Assembly (NCBI GenBank): GCA_964016885.1
Contig: OZ024742.1
Span: 321,222,001 to 321,286,000 of the forward strand
From: Eledone cirrhosa
Taxonomy: Eukaryota
Direction of reading: 5' to 3'
DNA: 64,000 bases
Program-made: the position numbers and the translations under genes
Part shown: in pieces, positions 58,764 to 64,000 of the stretch
How the letters are laid out: the number at the start of each line of letters is the position of its first letter
How positions within the stretch are numbered: the first letter of the stretch is position 1
The notes under the pieces: generated by a model
The model's input: the letters and a program-made list of their open reading frames with translations, nothing else
Databases searched by the model: none
Told to the model about the DNA's origin: nothing

Positions 58764-59223
58764 GGAATAGAATGAAACGAAATTTCATTTCTCACTCTTA
58801 GTACGGCACTTACTTCTATTCCATTTATCGTTTTCGGTGCGCCCAGCCGACTGAACTCACTCGATATGCAAATTAGGCTGCTCAGCCGTTAATATGCATA
58901 AGGAAAGTATATACTTTCAGACGTTCAACCATCTGGCAGAAAGGTATACAATGCTGACGATAACTAATAAGCTTGAAACTAGTACATCGTTCCTGTGTCA
59001 GTGTTGAACAAAAAGGTGACGTGGTTGCCTAAACACTGTACGGCGTAATTCGGGCTGTTTGTTTGATTACAAATAAACTAACAAACCGAGCATTATAATA
59101 AATGTTCGGTAAACCGATACGTGCATATATATATATGTGTGCATGTATGTATATATATATACATACTACTGTACGTCTGTATACATATATGTATGTACGT
59201 ATACATACATATATACTTACATT
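58758..59223. mobile_element. Third insertion of the 477-bp HHR unit family: tail-only arm (58758-58815) plus one inverted monomer
   Basis: Homology to the array unit; HHR at 58949-58989(+). Confidence 0.88.
58949..58989 (+). ncRNA. Hammerhead ribozyme (two stem mismatches)
   Basis: CAATG-CTGACGA-TAACTAATAAGCTT-GAAACTAGTA-CATCG. Confidence 0.65.
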
Positions 59224-59557
59224 ATATATATATATATATATACTAGAATGTGTGCTTAAAATACCATAGTGTTTAAAACATTTAAACACTTAAACATTTA
59301 AACATTAAAACATTTAAACTTTAACTGGATGACACTTGATACTTGTGGACAATGTGCAGAAGTATATTTTCTTAGCAGATAAGTGGCAGTGACTTCGAAG
59401 TTTCAGCTTAATTACTGCATATTTTTAAAGAGAGATGAATGATCAGATAGAGAGATAGAGAGGTAGAAAAGGAGACAAAAACAGACAAGCAAAGAGAGAC
59501 AGATATACAGACTGGCAAACAGAATGAAAGTGAGACAAGGGGATAGATAGGCAGACG

Positions 59558-59690
59558 GCTAGACAGACAGACAGACCACCAGACAGCTAGATAGACAGAC
59601 AGACCACCAGACAGCTAGATAGACAGACAGAAAGACCACCAGACAAATAGACAGACAGACAGACAGACCACCAGACAGCTAGATAGACAG

Positions 59691-59692
<2 letters not shown>
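59558..59692. repeat. ~28-bp minisatellite AGACAGACAGACCACCAGACAGCTAGAT
   Basis: About 4 copies. Confidence 0.85.
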
Positions 59693-59742
<50 letters not shown>

Positions 59743-60266
59743 GGCTGCGCTTTCTAGCAACCAGCCCACTCGCCGTAGGCACCAATCACATTCTTTCTGA
59801 CTTGACCACTGCCACGTCACAGTTCTTAGCCATTTTGAATTCGTTTCTGGCGGGGATCATTTAACAAAAATCTTTGTCCAAGTGAGTTTGTTTCCTAATG
59901 AGTTCGAAGCTCGAGAATTTATCCTTGATAGGATATTTCCGAAAGCGAACGACACTCTAAGGCTAGAAACGTAATCCTGGTATGTGTATATTCATTTTTT
60001 CTTCTAACTTTAATTTTATACCTAATTGTGTATGGTTGATGGTATATTTAATCGATTTCCACGTGCTATTGAAATGTTGGGTAAATATTCTATAGCGGTT
60101 GACCGCGAATAGATGACTGTCGTTTATTTATCTACTATTTCTTCATAGGTGCCTTTTAATCTTATAGCCTGGTTTAATTGTTTTTTTGTGTGTGGTTGAT
60201 TATGCTAATTGGGAGTGGAAATGGTGTATATATATTATCAAATGATTCTATGGACATACTTTATAG

Positions 60267-60442
<176 letters not shown>

Positions 60443-61340
60443 AAGAGGTGAAAGTGTTGGAAGGTATATCCAAACCGGAGACGTGGCCCATCGCCCCCAA
60501 GGAGGGAGTAAGTAGATTATGTTAAACCGGGCCACGTCGTAAATCTACCAGCCAGACTGGCCACAGTGGGATATGAACTCAGAACACAAGGAGCCGGAAG
60601 AAGTAACGTTATTTCGTCTGGTGGTCAAACAATTCTGCCAGTCCATTGCCATCAACTATAATTTTATCAATCCCTGAAAGGATGAAAAGGCGAAATTTGA
60701 ACTCAATGCGCAGAGAAGTGTAGAAAATACCATAGTGTATTTCCTCTTATACTCTAACGACTCTGCCAAATGGCCACCAAACAAATATATTACTTCTTCT
60801 TCGCCCACTTATTCCTGGGGGGGGGGGGTCGTAGGTGAAGTGTACTCAAGCACGCCTTCCAGCGGGTTCTATCAGGAGCAACCGTCACCAATTGATCTGG
60901 CTGGATCCCCAAACGAGATCAGTTGAGTTGATGGATGTTATCCATCCATATTGCTCGGGGTCTACCTTCAAATTCCTGCCGGCTGGTTTTGCCCGAAAGT
61001 CTATCCAGCGATTCTTTCCTGATATAGGAGCTGTGATCTCTCAATACAGAAAAGTAGCGGTTCTACTTGGAGCACTGCAATATGACCAGAAAGAGTAAAG
61101 TCATAAATTAGTTGTAAACAACATTAAGAGGTTATATGAGAACAATCGACATGTTAGAAATAACCGTCAAATCTCCCTCAAATCGCACTATTACTAGGGA
61201 ACCTGCTATTTCTAGTAGCTCAAGCGAACTACATTATAACCTCCCTCACAATAGGGTATTGCTGCTGTTGTAGTTGTTGTTTCTGTTGTAACTGCTGCAA
61301 TTCTTGTTGGTAATGTTGTCATTGTAGATGTTGTTGTTGT

Positions 61341-61521
61341 TTGGCAGTATCGGTAGAGGGTCGGACGCCATGCTTTGCAGCATAGAGTCACGGCCCTTTG
61401 CAGTCTGAGTTCAAATCCCGCCGAGGTTAACTTTGCCTTTCATCCTTACGGGGTCGATAAAATAAAGTACCAGTAATTCGCTGGTATAATTGCTGGCCTT
61501 GTGCCAAAAGTAGAAACAATA
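61341..61521 (+). mobile_element. SINE
   Basis: A box, B box, core and tail. Confidence 0.9.
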
Positions 61522-61699
61522 GTAGATGTTGTTGTTGTTATTACTAATGTTGTTGTTCTCGTTGTTGTTGTAGCCGTTGTTTTTATTGTTATTCATGTCG
61601 AGGTAGATATTGTTGTAGATGTTGCTGTTATAGGCGTTCCCGTAATGTTGTTGTTGTTGTCATTTTTTGTTGTGTGTATGTGTTTTTTTTTTTGGTTGT

Positions 61700-63990
61700 T
61701 GTTGTAACGGCTGCTGTTATTGTTGTCATTGTTATATTTGTTCTTGTAACTGCTGCTGATGTGTCATTGTTATATTTGTTGTTGTAACTGCTGCTGTTGT
61801 TGTCATTGTTATATTTGTTGTTGTAACTGCTGCTGTTGTTGTTATATTTGTTGTTGTAACTGCTGCTGCTGTTGTCGTTGTTATATTTGTTGTTGTAACT
61901 GCTGTTGTTGTTGTTGTTATATTTGTTGTTATAATTGCTGCTGTTGTTGTTGTTGTTATATTTGTTGTTATAATTGCTGCTGTTGTTGTTGTTGTTATAT
62001 TTGTTGTTGTAACTGCTGCTGTTGTCGTTGTTATATTTGTTGTTATAATTGCTGCTGTTGTTGTTGTTGTTATATTTGTTGTTGTAACTGATGTTGTTGT
62101 TGTTATATTTGTTGTTGTAACTGCTGTTGTTGTTGTTGTTATATTTGTTGTTGTAACTGCTGCTGATGTGTCATTGTTATATTTGTTGTTGTAACTGCTG
62201 CTGTTGTTGTCATTGTTATATTTGTTGTTGCAACTGCTGCTGTTGTTGTTGTTGTTGTTATATTTGTTGTTGTAACTGCTGCTGCTGTTGTCGTTGTTAT
62301 ATTTGTTGTTGTAACTGCTGTTGTTGTTGTTGTTATATTTGTTGTTATAATTGCTGCTGTTGTTGTTGTTGTTATATTTGTTGTTATAATTGCTGCTGTT
62401 GTTGTTGTTGTTATATTTGTTGTTGTAACTGCTGCTGTTGTCGTTGTTATATTTGTTGTTATAATTGCTGCTGTTGTTGTTGTTGTTATATTTGTTGTTG
62501 TAACTGATGTTGTTGTTGTTATATTTGTTGTTGTAACTGCTGTTGTTGTTGTTGTTATATTTGTTGTTGTAACTGCTGCTGCTGTTGTCGTTGTTATATT
62601 TGTTGTTGTAACTGCTGCTGTTGTTGTTGTTGTTATATTTGTTGTTGTAACTGCTGCTGATGTTGTCGTTGTTATATTTGTTGTTGTAACTGCTGCTGAT
62701 ATTGTCGTTGTTATATTTGTTGTTGTAACTGCTGCTGCTGTTGTCGTTGTTGTTATATTTGTTGTTGTAACTGCTGCTGTTGTTGTTGTTATATTTGTTG
62801 TTGTAACTGCTGCTGTTGTTGTTGTTGTTATATTTGTTGTTGTAACTGCTGCTGCTGTTGTCGTTGTTGTTATATTTGTTGTTGTAACTGCTGTTGTTGT
62901 TGTTGTTATATTTGTTGTTGTAACTGCTGCTGCTGTTGTCGTTGTTATATTTGTTGTTGTAACTGCTGCTGTTGTTGTTGTTGTTATATTTGTTGTTGTA
63001 ACTGCTGCTGCTGTTGTCGTTGTTGTTATATTTGTTGTTGTAACTGCTGCTGTTGTTGTTGTTATATTTGTTGTTGTAACTGCTGCTGCTGTTGTCGTTG
63101 TTATATTTGTTGTTGTAACTGCTGCTGCTGTTGTCGTTGTTGTTATATTTGTTGTTGTAACTGCTGCTGCTGTTGTTGTTGTTATATTTGTTGTTGTAAC
63201 TGCTGCTGCTGTTGTTGTTGTTGTTATATTTGTTGTTGTAACTGCTGCTGCTGTTGTCGTTGTTATATTTGTTGTTGTAACTGCTGCTGCTGTTGTCGTT
63301 GTTATATTTGTTGTTGTAACTGCTGCTGATGTTGTCGTTGTTATATTTGTTGTTGTAACTGCTGCTGATATTGTCGTTGTTATATTTGTTGTTGTAACTG
63401 CTGCTGCTGTTGTCGTTGTTGTTATATTTGTTGTTGTAACTGCTGCTGTTGTTGTTGTTATATTTGTTGTTGTAACTGCTGCTGCTGTTGTCGTTGTTAT
63501 ATTTGTTGTTGTAACTGCTGCTGCTGTTGTCGTTGTTGTTATATTTGTTGTTGTAACTGCTGCTGCTGTTGTTGTTGTTATATTTGTTGTTGTAACTGCT
63601 GCTGCTGTTGTTGTTGTTGTTATATTTGTTGTTGTAACTGCTGCTGCTGTTGTTGTTGTTGTTATATTTGTTGTTGTAACTGCTGCTGTTGTTGTTGTTG
63701 TTGTTATATTTGTTGTTGTAACTGCTGCTGCTGTTGTTGTTGTTGTTATATTTGTTGTTGTAACTGCTGCTGCTGCTGCTGTTGTTGTTGTTGTTATATT
63801 TGTTGTTGTAACTGCTGCTGATGTTATTGTTGTTATATTTGTTGTTGTAACTGCTGCTGCTGTTGTTGTTGTTGTTATATTTGTTGTTGTAACTGCTGCT
63901 GCTGTTGTTGTTGTTATATTTGTTGTTGTAACTGCTGCTGATGTTGTCGTTGTTATATTTGTTGTTGTAACTGCTGCTGATGTTGTTGCC
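61700..63990. repeat. ~30-40-bp minisatellite GTTATATTTGTTGTTGTAACT(GCT)n(GTT)n
   Basis: Dozens of units; higher-order ~407-bp duplication (61759 versus 62166). Confidence 0.95.
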
Positions 63991-64000
63991 GCTTAAACAA

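Overview
AT-rich, microsatellite-saturated eukaryotic non-coding DNA with no recognisable host exon. The tRNA-derived SINE family resembles those I recall from octopod cephalopods, so the organism is an inference. Almost all short ORFs in the track are (TA)n, (CA)n or (AAC)n artefacts. The real coding remnants all come from retroelements: two Penelope-like (PLE, Neptune-type) GIY-YIG fragments, an intact 480-aa 3' half of an RTE LINE, a frameshifted Tx1/L1-type LINE plus a second fragment, and two CRE-like restriction-endonuclease-domain fragments. A probable nested non-autonomous Helitron and two Tc1/mariner MITEs are also present. The main hidden signal is RNA structure. More than 20 hammerhead-ribozyme (HHR) motifs from about a dozen unrelated sequence families occur, nearly all in small elements inserted in (TA)n. 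They include a 7-copy tandem array of a ~477-bp non-coding HHR unit (retrozyme-like, 3823-7614). These elements share one architecture: two head-to-head arms, one ending at a family-fixed point and the other extending into a ~60-115-nt tail. In about ten families the tail carries the same bulged hairpin (RYTC-stem-loop-stem-1/2-nt bulge-GARY), with covariation. All folds were read by eye, and element boundaries are approximate.
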